Under the pieces are notes generated by a model. That model did not search any database. It worked only from the letters and a program-made list of their open reading frames with translations, and had not been told where the DNA came from. 64,000 nt of DNA from assembly GCF_039654945.1 (NCBI RefSeq), contig NW_027361741.1:35216001-35280000 (forward strand). The letters run 5' to 3'. Shown piece by piece: positions 12,332 to 25,215 of this stretch. The first letter of the stretch is position 1. Each line of letters starts with the position of its first letter. This DNA is from Dendrobates tinctorius (Eukaryota). Position numbers and translations under genes: made by a program.

Positions 12332-13322
12332 CTGCAGCGTCCCCCCCCCCATGGAGGTGATCGGGGCAGATGTGTGATTACATGTACACTGATCTGCAGC
12401 ACCATCTCCCCACCATGGAGGTGATCGGGGCAGATGTGTGATTACATGTACACTGATCTGCAGCGTCCGCCCCCATGGAGGTGATCGGGGCAGATGTGTG
12501 ATTACATGTACACTGATCTGCAGCGTCCCCCATGGAGGTGATCGGGGCAGATGTGTGATTACATGTACACTGATCTGCAACACCATCTCCCCACCATGGA
12601 GGTGATCGGGGCAGATGTGTGAGTACATGTACACTGATCTGCAGCGTCCCCCATGGAGGTGATCGGGGCAGATGTGTGATTACATGTACACTGATCTGCA
12701 GCGTCCCCCATGGAGGTGATCGGGGCAGATGTGTGATTACATGTACACTGATCTGCAGCGTCCCCCATGGAGGTGATCGGGGCAGATGTGTGATTACATG
12801 TACACTGATCTGCAGCGTCCCCCATGGAGGTGATCGGGGCAGATGTGTGAGTACATGTACACTGATCTGCAGCACCATCTCCCCACCATGGAGGTGATCG
12901 GGGCAGATGTGTGAGTACATGTACACTGATCTGCAGCGTCCCCCATGGAGGTGATCGGGGCAGATGTGTGATTACATGTACACTGATCTGCAGCGTCCCC
13001 CATGGAGGTGATCGGGGCAGATGTGTGAGTACATGTACACTGATCTGCAGCACCATCTCCCCACCATGGAGGTGATCCGGGCAGATGTGTGATTACATGT
13101 ACACTGATCTGCAGCTTCCCCCCCCCCCCATGGAGGTGATTGGGACATTTGTGTGATTACATGTACACTGATCTGCAGCACCATCTCCCCACCATGGAGG
13201 TGATCGGGGCAGATGTGTGAGTACATGTACACTGATCTGCAGCGTCCCCCATGGAGGTGATCCGGGCAGATGTGTGATTACATGTACGCTAGACGCCAAC
13301 CTGCAGTGTAAGTGATTACATG
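12332..13322. repeat. Minisatellite, 57/64-bp variant units, ~16 copies, at start of COX6A1 intron 2
   Basis: Unit ctgcagcgtcccccatggaggtgatcggggcagatgtgtgattacatgtacactgat. Confidence 0.96.
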
Positions 13323-14226
13323 TATACATTGTCTGCCAATCCTTATTCTATTCCTGTCTGTGGCATTAAAGTTTGACAGATGAGACCTAGGAAAATCTGA
13401 TCTGTGACTTTATTTTTTTTATTGTTGTTGGCGCTTCCTGTAAAGTCACTTCTGCGCGGTCTCCTCCAGTGGAAGTCCAGACCACAGTGGAGCTGAGATC
13501 ATTTAGCCGTTAACCAGAGATTTATTGGTTAAGGTTGTCTACAATGACCTTCAGTGACGGGCTGCTCGGAAAACACCATGTAAAATCTCTAGTGAACCTC
13601 AGATTCCCAACCTGCTACATGAATGTCGTTGGGAACAATTTTTTTTCTATTTAGTATATTGGATCGCTAGAAAGTAAAATCTTTTACTAGAATTGGCTCC
13701 TACAGATTAGTTTGAGTCCTGTAAAAGCCGGTCTAGCAACATGCAGCTGAATACTCCTGCTTTATATTCCAAACTTTAAAGGGGTTGTCCAGATTTCACT
13801 TCCATTATTCCATAGGCCCTGAGACGTGTAAAATAACGAATGCACCTGATACTCGCACTTCCCGATCCAGAGCTGTCTGTCTGCCACTGCCCTAGTCATT
13901 GATCAGCCGCAGCGGTGATATCACTTCTCCATTGAAGGCAAACATTGGGCTCAGAGGCTCTGCATATCTAGACAGCACAAGCTGCTGAACCAAGTGATTG
14001 GCTGCAGTGGTGACATTATAAACAAAAATAGACCAGAGCAGTGGCAGAGAGTAGACCTTGTTGGACCTGAGGAGGGTGAGTGAGAGCTCAGTTACGTTAT
14101 CAACCTGCCAGCCTGTAAATTTAAAAGAAAAAAAAAACGCGTAAAGCAAGACAGCCTTATTCAGCATTAGTCACCATTAACACATTGGAGGGGCATTGTG
14201 CTGCTACTGCTTTTCAATATGTTTAA

Positions 14227-15472
14227 CACCTTACTGCCATTGGACACAATAGTACGTCCAATGGCAGTACCCCCGCTTTGATCAGGGATCCAGCAGTGAG
14301 CCCGCATCAAAGCGGGACATGTCAGCTGTTTTGAACAGCTGACATGTGCCCGCAATAGGCACAGGTGGAATCGTGATCCACCCGCACCTGTTAACTAGTT
14401 GAATCCCGCTGTCAAACGCTGACAGCGGGATTTAACCAGCGCTTCCGGCCACCGGACTGGAAATACGCTCATCGCCGACCCCCGTCACGTGATCGGGGGT
14501 CAGTGATGTGTTGCTGTAACAACCTGAGGTCTCCTAGAGACCACTGGTTGTTGAGGCATTGCTATGAGCGCCACCCAGTGGTCGGCGCTCATAGCAGTGC
14601 TGTAATTCTATTACATATAGGAGATCTTCTCATCACCTATATGTAGCAGAGCCAATCGAGATGTGGATGCTTCTAGCCTCCCATGGAGGCTATTGAAGCA
14701 TGCCAAAATTTAAAAAAAAGTTTTAAAAAATATGAAAAAAAAATAAATATAAAAGTATGAATCACCCCCCTTTTGCCCCATTAAAAAAAAAAAACAATAA
14801 AAAAAAAAAAAAATCACACCTACACATATTGGGTATTGTTGCGTTCAGAATCGCCCGATCTATCAATAAAAAAAAGATTAACCTGATCACTAAACGACAT
14901 AGCGGGGGGAAAAAAAGAAACACCAGAATTATGTTTTTTTTGGTCGCCCCGACATTGCATTAAAATGCAATAACGGGCGATCAAAAGAACGTATCTGCAC
15001 ATAAATGGTATCAAACATCAGCTCTGCACGCAAACCTCACCCAACCCCTTATCATGATAAATGGAGACATATGGGAAAATGGCGCAAATTATTATTTTTT
15101 TTTAGCGAACTTTGGAATTTTTTTTTCACAATATGATAAAAACAGAACCTAGACATGTTTGGTATCTGTGAACTCGTAATGACCTGGAGAATCATAATTG
15201 CAGGTCTGTTTTAGTATTTAGTGAACCTAGCAAAAAAGCCAAACAAAAAACAAGGGTGGGATTGCACTTATTTTTGCAGTTTCACTGCACTTGGAATTTT
15301 TTTTCCCATTTTCGCGTACACGACATGGTAAGACCAATGATGCCTTTCAAAAGTGCAACTTGTCCCCCTCACATGGCCATATTGACAGAAACATAAAAAA
15401 GTTATGGCTCTGGGAAGAAGGGGAGCGAAAAACGAAAACGCAAAACCGAAAAAAGCTCTGGTCATTAAGTGG
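14227..15472. mobile_element. TTAA-flanked non-autonomous DNA transposon in COX6A1 intron 2
   Basis: TTAA|cacctt ... aagtgg|TTAA; homologous to 20304-21676, 8055-8543 and 62895-64000. Confidence 0.8.
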
Positions 15473-15622
15473 TTAAAATTGATAACTGGATATTACCTTT
15501 TCCTTTGTAAAAGGGATGTCCGCAGTGATTGCATATGGTCAGAATGAATGATTAGTAACACCTAATTTTCAATTTATTCGTACTTTTCTAGCAAGAATAA
15601 CCAGAACAGCACTTCTTAGTTT

Positions 15623-15833
15623 TATTATGCTTCGCTTACATAGCGCCATCATATTCCACAGCGCTTTACAGACACCATCACTGTCCCCATTAGGGCTCAT
15701 AATCTAAATTCCCTATCAGTATGTCTGGAGTATGGAGTATCTGCAATCTCCTTGCAGATGTCCTTGGTGGGATTTGAACCCAGGACCCCAGTGCTGAAAG
15801 GCTGCTGTGCTAATAACTGAGCCACCGTGCTGC
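15623..15833 (-). mobile_element. tRNA-derived SINE
   Basis: Minus strand gcagcacggTGGCTCAGttattagcac (A box) and GGTTCAAATCC (B box); 3' end ggcgctatgtaag and AT-rich tail. Confidence 0.82.
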
Positions 15834-16904
15834 GGTTACTTGTAAACGGGTCCATTGTATTATGGGGAATAAATGTACTCAGAAAGCCAGAAATGACAGG
15901 AGAAATGAAAGATTCTTTTTTTTTTTTTTAAGTAACTTGAAAAGATCAGAGGATGATCTCGGTTCCTCTAAGTTCAGTTGTGATGTTATAGTCATACATT
16001 GGTGCAGGGCTGCAGAGTGGGTTGTATGATGGATTCAAAGTAAAAATCGGCATGTAAACCCATCTGGTGTAAAAGGGGGTGTCCACTACTTGGACATCCC
16101 CCTTCTTAACCCCTATGTTTACCCCTTGTAAAATAATACTTATACTCGTAGTGAACAACCCCTTAAAATGGAAGCCATCGTCAGAAAATGTTTTTACATA
16201 TGTTTTTACATATGCATCTATTATATGCATCTATCATATGCATCTATTATAACACATTTTTTTTGCCAATTTTTTTTAACATTGCAATTGTCAAAGCGAC
16301 CACTAGTTTTGTTTTTTTTGGTGCATACTTCCTATTTTTCAGAAAGTTTACAGCGGGCTCCACATCAAGTAGAGGCAGGATTACAGCGCCGGGGTAACAA
16401 CTCCATAAACAGCTGACAACACAGGATTTAGCAATCGCAATAGTTGATGTCACAGTTCCCTGCTCCTCCTCCCTTCTAATGCCACCCACGTCTGTCATCT
16501 GATGTCTTCTATGATGGCCAGTCTGTTGTTAGGTATCGTAGACAGTGCCTTTACTATACACAGCAATGCTGCGTCAGTATGGCTGTACATAATGCAATCA
16601 ATGAAACACTAGCAGGCTCAGGTCCCCTAAGAAGACTAACAGTGTTTGTTTTTTTTAACTTTTTCCTTTACTTTTAAAACATAATAAAAAATATAATCAT
16701 TTGCGTCACCTCCCTTGTCCCCAATTAGTAATACAGAAATGAAGGAAAAATGCAAACATTTAGTATCGGTGTCCAGAAAATTCAGATCTATCTAAATAGA
16801 GAATTAAAGGGAACTTGTTCCCAGTGTTTGTACTGTGTGAACCAGTGCCATCACATTTCTGAGTGCCTGGACTTCATTACACAATTGTGTCCATCATCCC
16901 CTAA

Positions 16905-17258
16905 GGCTGTGTGCACACGCTGCGGATTTTGCTGCGGACCCAAAGCAGTTTTTGCTGCGGTGTACAGTACCATGATTCCCTATGGGAATCAAAAACCGCA
17001 ATGCAGACGGTGCGGAATTTTCCGCGCGGATTATCTGCGGTCTTCAATCCGCAGAAAGAATTGACATGTCAATTCTTTCTGCGGATTCTCCTGCGGTTTG
17101 CCATCTCCTCCATTTGAGGAGATGAAAAACCGCAGGGCAAAACCGCAGAGCAATCCGCAGGTAAAACCGCAGGTCTTTTGACCTGCGGTTTCACATGCGG
17201 ATTTTACAAAATCCGTGCGGATGAATCCGCACCTAATCCGCAGCGTGTGCACACAGCC
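16905..17258. mobile_element. PIF/Harbinger-type MITE
   Basis: TIR ggctgtgtgcacacgctgcggatt / aatccgcagcgtgtgcacacagcc with TAA duplication; nested in a TTAA/AGG (T2/Kolobok-like) MITE at about 16805-17909. Confidence 0.88.
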
Positions 17259-18698
17259 TAACTCCCCCTGTATACCACCAAAAATACCTTTTTATTTTCA
17301 CCGCGTTGTATGTAAATGCTTTTAGTTATATCCTCCTTACCTCGGGCTTTGATTGATGTGGATGACGAGTCCAGTGTCCTCTACATAGCAGATCTTGTGC
17401 CTATGCATTAGCATTGTCGGCTCATGCAGGCGCACTTTGCTCTGCCCTGCTGCTGGCAGACCGCAAATAACTGTGCATCAGCCCAGAAGATGTCATTCTG
17501 GTGAATAAGTTCCTGTAAAAAAAAAAAAAAAGCTAGAAAGATGATTTTCGGGTGCATGCGCAGTTAAATTTTGTGCTCTGCCCCCAGTAGGACAGAGCAA
17601 CATGTGCCTGTGCAAGCTCACAATGCTAATGCCTATGCCCGAGAGCTTTCGGCTATGTGGATGATGCTAGATGCATCATCCACATCAATCAGTGCCCAGA
17701 TGACTGCTTTTGGGAGCAAGGAAGGCAGCACAGATGCCTAGTAAATGACGCCCATCTGACCGAACCAAAACCGTTTACACACAGCACGGGGAAAATAAAA
17801 AGGTATTTTTGCTGGTATACAAGGGAATGATGGACACATTTGTGTGGCGCAGTACAGGCGCTCAGAAACGTGGTAGTGTTCACACTAAAAAAAAAAAAGT
17901 TTCCTTTAATCAGATCTGTGAAAACTATAAAAGGGGGAAAAAAACGAAATACCAGAATTGCAGATTTTCATGTTTCCACAACTCCACAAAAAATGTAAAA
18001 TATTTCACTTTATCCACTATAGATTTATCTAATGATTTGCTTGGTTTAATAGTTTAATATCAGGAGAAGTCTTGACGCTTTTTTTTATTTTTTTTTTTAT
18101 TATTATTATTATTTGGAAAATACAAACCCTACACTTGCAGACTGAACAAATTTGAATTCGAGAGCCTAGGAGGCACGTGTAAATTTTTTTTGGAAATGCT
18201 TTTCAAAAGTTTGCATTTATCTGTGTGGGTAAAATATTAACAAAAATATTCTTGTAACATATCTGTTGAAAGCCTCTACAGTTCTGAGTTCAATGATGTT
18301 TTTTCCATTTCTCTATCTTGGTTCTGCCCTGAGTTATGAGGAGAAACGTAAACAGCATGCAACTCAGAAATTCATATTTAAAAAAAATAAAATTAAAGAT
18401 TAATATTTTTCTTCACATTTTGCATTCTCACACACTTTCCAGAGAGCACAATTACAAGATAACTAAAAATAAATAGAGGAAACCTGTGTCTGAACTCTGG
18501 AGTGCCTGACCCAGGGCTAATAGGTCTGAGAATTTCCCTTAAAACGAGGTTTTTGAGTTAGCAGTTTTTAGCTGGCATTACATGGGGGTATACGGAGTAT
18601 AGAGTTGGGTATATGTAATACAGTAATATACCATTTATGGTAATGGTGTAGTAAAGCTCTTTATCTTGCATTTACTGGAGTATGTGTTGTTTTTACAG

Positions 18699-18797
18699 AA
18701 ATTCCCTTGGGGAGACGGAGTGAAGAGCCTTTTCCACAATTCCCACACAAATGCTCTTCCCACCGGCTATGAAGAGTCTGAGCACTCCGAGCATTAG
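18699..18797 (+). CDS. COX6A1: COX6A1 coding exon 3
   Basis: Acceptor ttttacag|; [32 protein letters not shown] contains the FPWGDG..LFHN family signature; 112 aa in total; AATAAA at 18924-18929. Confidence 0.96.
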   Translation, partial: KFPWGDGVKSLFHNSHTNALPTGYEESEHSEH

Positions 18798-19482
18798 CCC
18801 TTGGACTCCTTGTTATCTGGACCAGTGTGGTGTATGGGCCCATAGAATGAGCTGGGATCACGCTATTGTATTTAATGCTGTACATGCCCACTAACCTTCT
18901 ACTGCTGCGGTAGAAGTTGTCTAAATAAAGTGTCTGGTTGGACCTCTATGCGTTGAGTGATCCTTTAACTATGGAGCCTGTGCTTTGTAATGTCTAAATC
19001 TGCCTCCTTTCAGTATTCTGTCTCAGTGGGTGCCCGCTCTGGTGGAATAGACTGTAGCAGTTATTTGAAGTTACAGAGACACCAGGACAGACAGCGAGGA
19101 GTTACGAGAAGCTGCACAAGTCTGTAAGTATGCACATTATTAATTTTTTTTGGCGCCACTCTGCTCTCGTGAAATGAACGCAGGGAGATGATGTGATGCT
19201 ATGACAGCTGGACATCAGCTGAAGGCCCCTGTGCCTGTCGTGATCTCTTCCGTGGCTGGCTTCATAGAGGTCTGTGATTTTCACTAAAGATAGTAATACT
19301 GTGGTAGAACCGTCACATCTTCAGGTCCCCTAAGAGTAACCAATTAAAGCTTTTAAACAAAAATTTGTATCTCCTCCCCTCCCCCCTTTTCCAATTCACA
19401 ATAAAATCAAGTTGCCGGTAAATGCTGTAATAAGAGAAACAAAACAGTTTTTTTTTTTTTTTCGCTGTTGCAATAACGCTAA

Positions 19483-20235
19483 GTCTATGTGCACACATTG
19501 TGTTTTTTGTGTTTTCGCAGTGTTTTTCCGCTGCGGAATCGCCGCGAAAACGCAAAAAAAAACCCACGCATCCCATGCAAATCCTATGGGATTCCGCAAT
19601 GCTGTGCTAATGCTGCGGATTTTTCCGCTGCGGAATCACATAGCGGAAAAATCCGCAGCATGCCCATTCTTTTTGAGGAATCGCGGCGATTCCACACCCA
19701 TAGGAATACATTGGTCAGCTTACTTTCCGCATGTGGCTATGCCCACCATGTGCAAAGTAAGCGGATCATGTGCGGATGGTACCCAGGGTCTGGAAGAGGG
19801 GAGACTCTCCTCCAGGCCCTGGGTACCATAATCCTGTAAAAAAATAAAAATAAAAAAAGTGATATACTCACCCTTCGGCGGCCCCTGGAGTCCTTCCCGC
19901 CTCTCATCACGCTCCTGGCATCTTCCGGTCCTAGTAATGCTTTGCGCAAATGACCAGAAAGCATTACTGTGACCAGAAGATGCTGGGAGTGCCGCAGAGC
20001 AGATCGGGGCCGGTCTGAAGGTGAGAATAACAATATATTTTTTTATTATTATTTTAACATCCTACCTATCGCATTTCCAAGCGATGCTAATCGCTTCCAA
20101 AGCGCAAGCATTCCACAAGCGAAACGCTTGTTTTCCGCGGGAAAAGCGCACGCGAATTCGCATGCGTTTTACCCACGGCGGGAGTGCGGAAATGTGGAAA
20201 TTTCCGCAGCATTTCTGCAACGTGGGTACATAGCC
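19483..20235. mobile_element. PIF/Harbinger-type MITE
   Basis: gtctatgtgcacaca ... cgtgggtacatagcc flanked by TWA; tgcgg/ccgca-rich arms. Confidence 0.78.
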
Positions 20236-20303
20236 TTAAAGAAAAAAAAAATGAAGCAATCGAGGTATAGTATGTAACATTTTATTTAAATTCTATAAAT
20301 TTA

Positions 20304-21676
20304 CCCCTTCCTTACCGATGACGGAATAGTACGTCATCGGTAAGGATCCCCTGCGTTGAGGTTGGGCTCCAGCGGTGAGCCCACCTCAAAGCCGCGACAT
20401 GTCTGCTGTTATAAACAGCTGACATGTGCCCGCAATAGGCGCGAGTGGAATCACCATCCCCCTGTGCCTATTAACTCAGGGTTTCCCAACTCCAGTCCTC
20501 AAGGCACACCAACAGATCATGTTTTCAGGATTTCCTTAGTATTGCTCAGGTGATAATTGCTTCACCTGTGCAATACAAAGGAAATCCTGAAAACATGATC
20601 TGTTGGTGTGCCTTGAGGACTGGAGTTGGGAAACCCTGTATTAACTAGTTAAATCCCGCTGTCAAAGCTGACAGCGGCCTTTTAAATAGCATGCCGGGCT
20701 GGAAGTGAGCTCATCGCCGACCCCAGTCACGTGATCGGGGGTTGACGACGCGTTGCCCTGGCAACCAGAGGTCTCAGACCTCTATGGTTGTTGCAGGTGG
20801 ATCACTTTGAGCGCCGTCCGGTGGCCTGTGCTCAAAGCACTGCAGTAAATCTGCTACATATGGGCGATCTGCTCATCGCCCATATGTTGTGCATGCTTCA
20901 AGCCTCCTATAGAGGCTATTGAAGCATGCCAAAAGTAAAAAAAGAAAAAAAAAACAACTTTTAAAATACCCCTTTCACCTCAATCAAAATAAAAACATTA
21001 GGTATCACCGCTTTCAGAATCGCCCGATCTATCAATAAAAAATACATTAACCCGATCGCTAAACGGTGTAGCGAGAAAAAAATTAAAAAGCCAGATTTAC
21101 GTTTTTTTTTTTTTTGGTCGCCGCGACATTGCATTAAAATGCAATAACAGGCGATCAAAAGAATGTATCTGCACAAAAGTGGTATTATTAAAAACGTCAG
21201 CCTGGCACGCAAAAAATAAACCCGCACCCGACCCTAGATCACGAAAAATGGAGACGCTACGGGTCTCGGAAGATGGCGCAGTTTTATTTATTTTTAACAA
21301 ACTTTGGAAAAAAAATTTTCACCACTTAGATAAAAGAGAACCTAGACATATTTGGTGTCTATGAACTCGTAATGACCCGGAGAATTATAATGGCAGGTTA
21401 GATTTAGCATTTAGTGAACCTAGCCAAAAAGCCAAGCAAAAAACAAATGTGGGATTGCACATTTTTTGCAATTACACCGCACTTGGAATTTTTTTCCCGT
21501 TTTCGAGTACACGACATGCTAAAACCAATGGTGTCATTTAAAAGTACAACTCGTCCCTAAAAAAAAAAAAAAAGCCCTCACATGGCCATATAGATGGAAA
21601 AATAAAAAAGTTATGACTCTGTAAAGATGGGGAGGGAAAAATGAAAATGCAAAACCTACCCCTGGTCGTTAAGGGG
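20304..21676. mobile_element. TTAA-type non-autonomous DNA transposon, same family as 14227-15472
   Basis: ccccttcc ... aagggg|TTAA; shared blocks such as gggcgatcaaaaga and gaacctagacatgtttgg. Confidence 0.8.
20477..20638. mobile_element. hAT-type palindromic MITE (162 bp)
   Basis: TIR cagggtttcccaactccagtcctcaagg / ccttgaggactggagttgggaaaccctg; exact 8-bp TSD tattaact at 20469-20476 and 20639-20646. Confidence 0.92.
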
Positions 21677-22312
21677 TTAAAGTATTGATTACTAATCTCT
21701 GTCCCTCACATTATACAATCTCTAGTGTTGTGTATATGCCCCCCTAAATTTGTTGCCATTAGTTACCATCTGAAAGTTAATTTTTAATTTTGTGTTGTCT
21801 CTATAATACAAACTAAACATGCCATATCCAGTGAAGTATGAGCCCTGAATTTAGCATTCATGCACTCTTCTTCCCATTCATGTCTATGAAATTTCTGAAA
21901 ATGGAGTATAAAAAAAGTCTTATCTAAATGAAGAAGAAAGGCTTAATCGTTCCAAGGTTGAGGGTGCGGTATGTTCTCAAATCTTGCTATTATTTTAGAA
22001 ATGCTCAAGCTGTGATCTTGATGTAATTTTTCTCTTTCACATGTAATGCCTAAATGCTTCCCATAAATAGTACTAACAAGCGACGCTATAATAATAAGTG
22101 TGCTATTCGTTGTCTGTTTCATTATAGGAAAGGACAAACTAAAGTAACGGTAGTGATGAAACTCACAATAGACTCCGTTGACCTTAATGGGCTGGACTTC
22201 TGTCACTCTTGCCATTTTAACATCAGCTCAAGTACAGGTGCTTCTCACAAAATTAGAATATCATCAAAAGTTAATTTATTTCTGTTCTTCAATACAAAAA
22301 GTGAAACTCATA

Positions 22313-24468
22313 CACTGCGTGCAGAATTATTAGGCAAATTGTATTTGAGAGGAATCTTTTTATTATTGAACAACTATGTTCTCAATCAACCCAAAAGACT
22401 CATAAATATCAAAGCTTAATATTTTTGGAAGTTGGAGTGGGGTTTTTTTTAGATTTGGCTATCTTAGGAGGATATCTGTTTGTGCAGGTAACTATTACTG
22501 TGCAGAATTATTAGGCAACTTAATAAAAACCAAATATATACCCATCTCTCGTTTATTTTCACCAGGTAAACCAATATAACAACACAAAATTTAGAAATAA
22601 ACATTTCTGACATTCAAAAACCAAAAAAAAAAAAAAAAAAAAAAATCAGTGACCAATATAGCCTCCTTTCTTTACGATGACACTCAAAAGCCTTCCATCC
22701 ATAGATTCTGTCAGTTGCTTGATCTGTTTACGATCAACAGTGCGTGCCGCAGCCTCCCAGACAATGTTCAGAGAGGTGTACTGTTTTCCCTCCTTGTAGA
22801 TCTCACATTTTATGAGAGACCACAGATTCTCTATGGGGTTCAGATCAGGTGAACAAGGGGGCCATGTCATTATTTTTTCTTCTTTTAGACCTTTACTGGC
22901 CAGCCATGCTGTGGAGTATTTGGATGCATGTGATGGAGCATTGTCCTGCAGGAAAATCATGTTTTTCTTGAACGATACCAACTTCCTGTACCACTGCTTG
23001 AAGAAGGTGTCTTCCAGAAACTGGCAGTAGGTCTGGGAGTTGAGCTTCCCTCCATCCTCAACCCGAAAAGGTCCCACAAGTTCATCTTTGATGCCAGCCC
23101 ATACCAGTACCCCACCTCCACCTTGCTGGCATGTGAGTCGGAGTGGAGCTCTCTGCCCTTTACTGATCCAGCCTCGGGCCCATCCATCTGGCCCATCAAG
23201 AGTCACTCTCATTTCATCAGTCCATAAAACCTTACAAAAATCTGTCTTAACACATTTCTTGGCCCAGTCTTGACGTTTTATCTTATGTTTCTTGTTCAAA
23301 GGGGGTTGTTTTTCAGCCTTCCTTACCTTGGCCATGTCCCTGAGTATGGCACACCTTGAGCTTTTTGATACTCCACTAACGTTGCAGCTCTGAAATATGG
23401 CAAAACTGGTGGCAAATGGCATCTTGGCAACTTGACGCTTGATTTTCCTCAATTCATGAGCAGTTATTTTGAGCCTTTTGGTTATCAACACGCTTCTTGC
23501 GACCCTGCTGGCTATTTGCCATGAAACGCTTGATTGTTCGGTGATCACGCTTCAAAAGTTTGGCAATTTCAAGACTGCTGCATCCCTCTGCAAGACATCT
23601 CACAATTTTTGACTTTTCAGAGTCTGTCAAATCTTCTGACCCATTTTGCCAAAGGAAAGGAAGTTGCCTAATAATTAAGCACACCTTATATAGGGTGTTG
23701 ATGTCATTAGACCACACCCCTCCTCTTAACAGAGATGCAAATCATCTGATTTACATAATTGGCAGTTGGCTTTCAAGCCTGTACAGCTTGAAGTAGGACA
23801 ACATGTATAAAAAGGATCATACACAAACAGAGAGCACAGAATGACAATTGTGCAGAAATATCCTGCAGTAAAACATATATTACAGTAGTCAGCAAGTGCT
23901 GATGAAAAGATAACAAATACAGGGTATTTAGTCGATATACTTTTTTTTGCAAAAAAATGTATCAAGCTGCTTCACCGCGTCAAGGTAACCCTATTGAAGC
24001 AGTCCCTATCTAATGTATTTAAAACCTGAACATGTGAACAGTGTATAAATGAACAGGATGAAGATAGGCCACTTCCTAGTATGGGCACGTGGTGTAAGCC
24101 AGCTCTTTATGTGCATGTCACACAAGAGAGGGGTGGGGTCTCTCAAATCATGCATAGGCACGGAAAAAACTGGATTAAAAACACATATGAACAAGTCGGT
24201 AGGACACTGTTTATACCACCCACGGACTCAAACACAAACCGAGAGCACAGAATGAAATTGTGCAGAAATATCCTGCAGTAAAACATATAACAGTAGTCAG
24301 CAAGTGCTGATGAAAAGATGATAAATACAGGGTATTTAGTCGATAGGTTTTTTTGCAAAAAAATATATCAAGCTGCTTCACCGCGTCAAGGTAACCCTAT
24401 TGAAGCATATGTATAAAAAGGATGATGTGATCAAAATACTCATTTGCCTAATAATTCTGCACACAGTG
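22313..24468 (-). mobile_element. Tc1/mariner transposon, transposase split by frameshifts
   Basis: TA-flanked TIRs cactgcgtgcagaattattaggcaaa / tttgcctaataattctgcacacagtg; ORF 22646-23548 has VLWTDE, FLQDNAPSH, SPDLNPIENLW (DD34E); HTH N-terminus in ORF 23454-23717. Confidence 0.95.
23821..24407. repeat. Insertion with ~180-bp direct repeats inside Tc1 (possible Penelope-like pseudo-LTR remnant)
   Basis: 23821-24000 is repeated at 24232-24407; atgtataaaaaggat is duplicated on both flanks. Confidence 0.7.
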
Positions 24469-25172
24469 TATAGTCATTACACACAGAGGATCTATTTCAA
24501 GTGTTTATTTCTGCTAATGTTGAGGATTATGGCTTTTGTGTTGAACTGAAATTATCTTTTTGATATTCTAACTTTGTTAGAAACACCTGTATTTCAGCAC
24601 GCTGCTCTTTGAAGGGTGGACACCTGAGTCTGCGTTCCCAAGATGAGCTTTTGAGATTGCAGGTTTTCTGCACCCATTAATTAAAATGGGTTACTTGCAT
24701 TCGAAAAAACGCAGCGTCAAATGCTCACCAAAAACTCATCGTGGGAACGAAGCCTAACATTACATAGGAAATTAAAGTTAATGTATTACAGAAGCCCTCC
24801 TTCCGTTAGTGTTTTTATCATCTTAATATATTTCAGCCATGGTACTATGTAGCACTGTGTACTGACAATTGCTCATTTTGCCTTTCTGCCCAGTTAATTC
24901 TCGCTACTCTATGTAGAAACAATAAATCTCTTTTCCTTGCATTTATCTTTCCCCTCTTCAACTGCTGACCGAGCTGCCTTTTGCAGTGGCTCATAACTCC
25001 ACAAGTAAAACTTACCTCCTGTTTCTACACAGAGCTTGCAAATTGTCTCTTCAGAGAGGAAGAGTAGAAATCTAGTGTCACTTATAGGAAGTAGCAATTA
25101 TAAAAGTCAATGTCGAACCTTTATCCAGCCTTGTTACATGACTTAGGATAAAAGCCTAAACCAGAATTTCAA

Positions 25173-25215
25173 TTTGCAGACACTGTTTTGGAGTACTGTC
25201 CCTCATCAGTGCAAA
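25173..25215 (-). ncRNA. Minimal type I hammerhead ribozyme motif, probably inactivated (G12A)
   Basis: UUUGCA CUGAUGA GGG acagua CUCC aAAA CAGUG UC UGCAAA: 6-bp stem I, CUGAUGA box, short stem II, GAAA mutated to AAAA, minimal stem III, GUC site. Confidence 0.7.

Larger units (their letters stand above)
22235..24589. mobile_element. Short Tc1-derived non-autonomous element interrupted by the Tc1 above
   Basis: TA|caggtgcttctcacaaaattagaatatc ... gatattctaactttgttagaaacacctg|TA. Confidence 0.8.

Noticed and set aside
12302-13329. Repetitive minus-strand ORFs; CRISPR-like periodicity
   Set aside because: Tandem minisatellite with no unique spacers, in a eukaryotic intron.
15760-15833. tRNA-like A and B boxes (also 42684-42735)
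   Set aside because: SINE heads; no full cloverleaf and followed by SINE body and tail.
23895-23935. ctgatga in the 180-bp direct repeats as a hammerhead core
   Set aside because: No flanking stems or correctly placed GAAA/NUH found.
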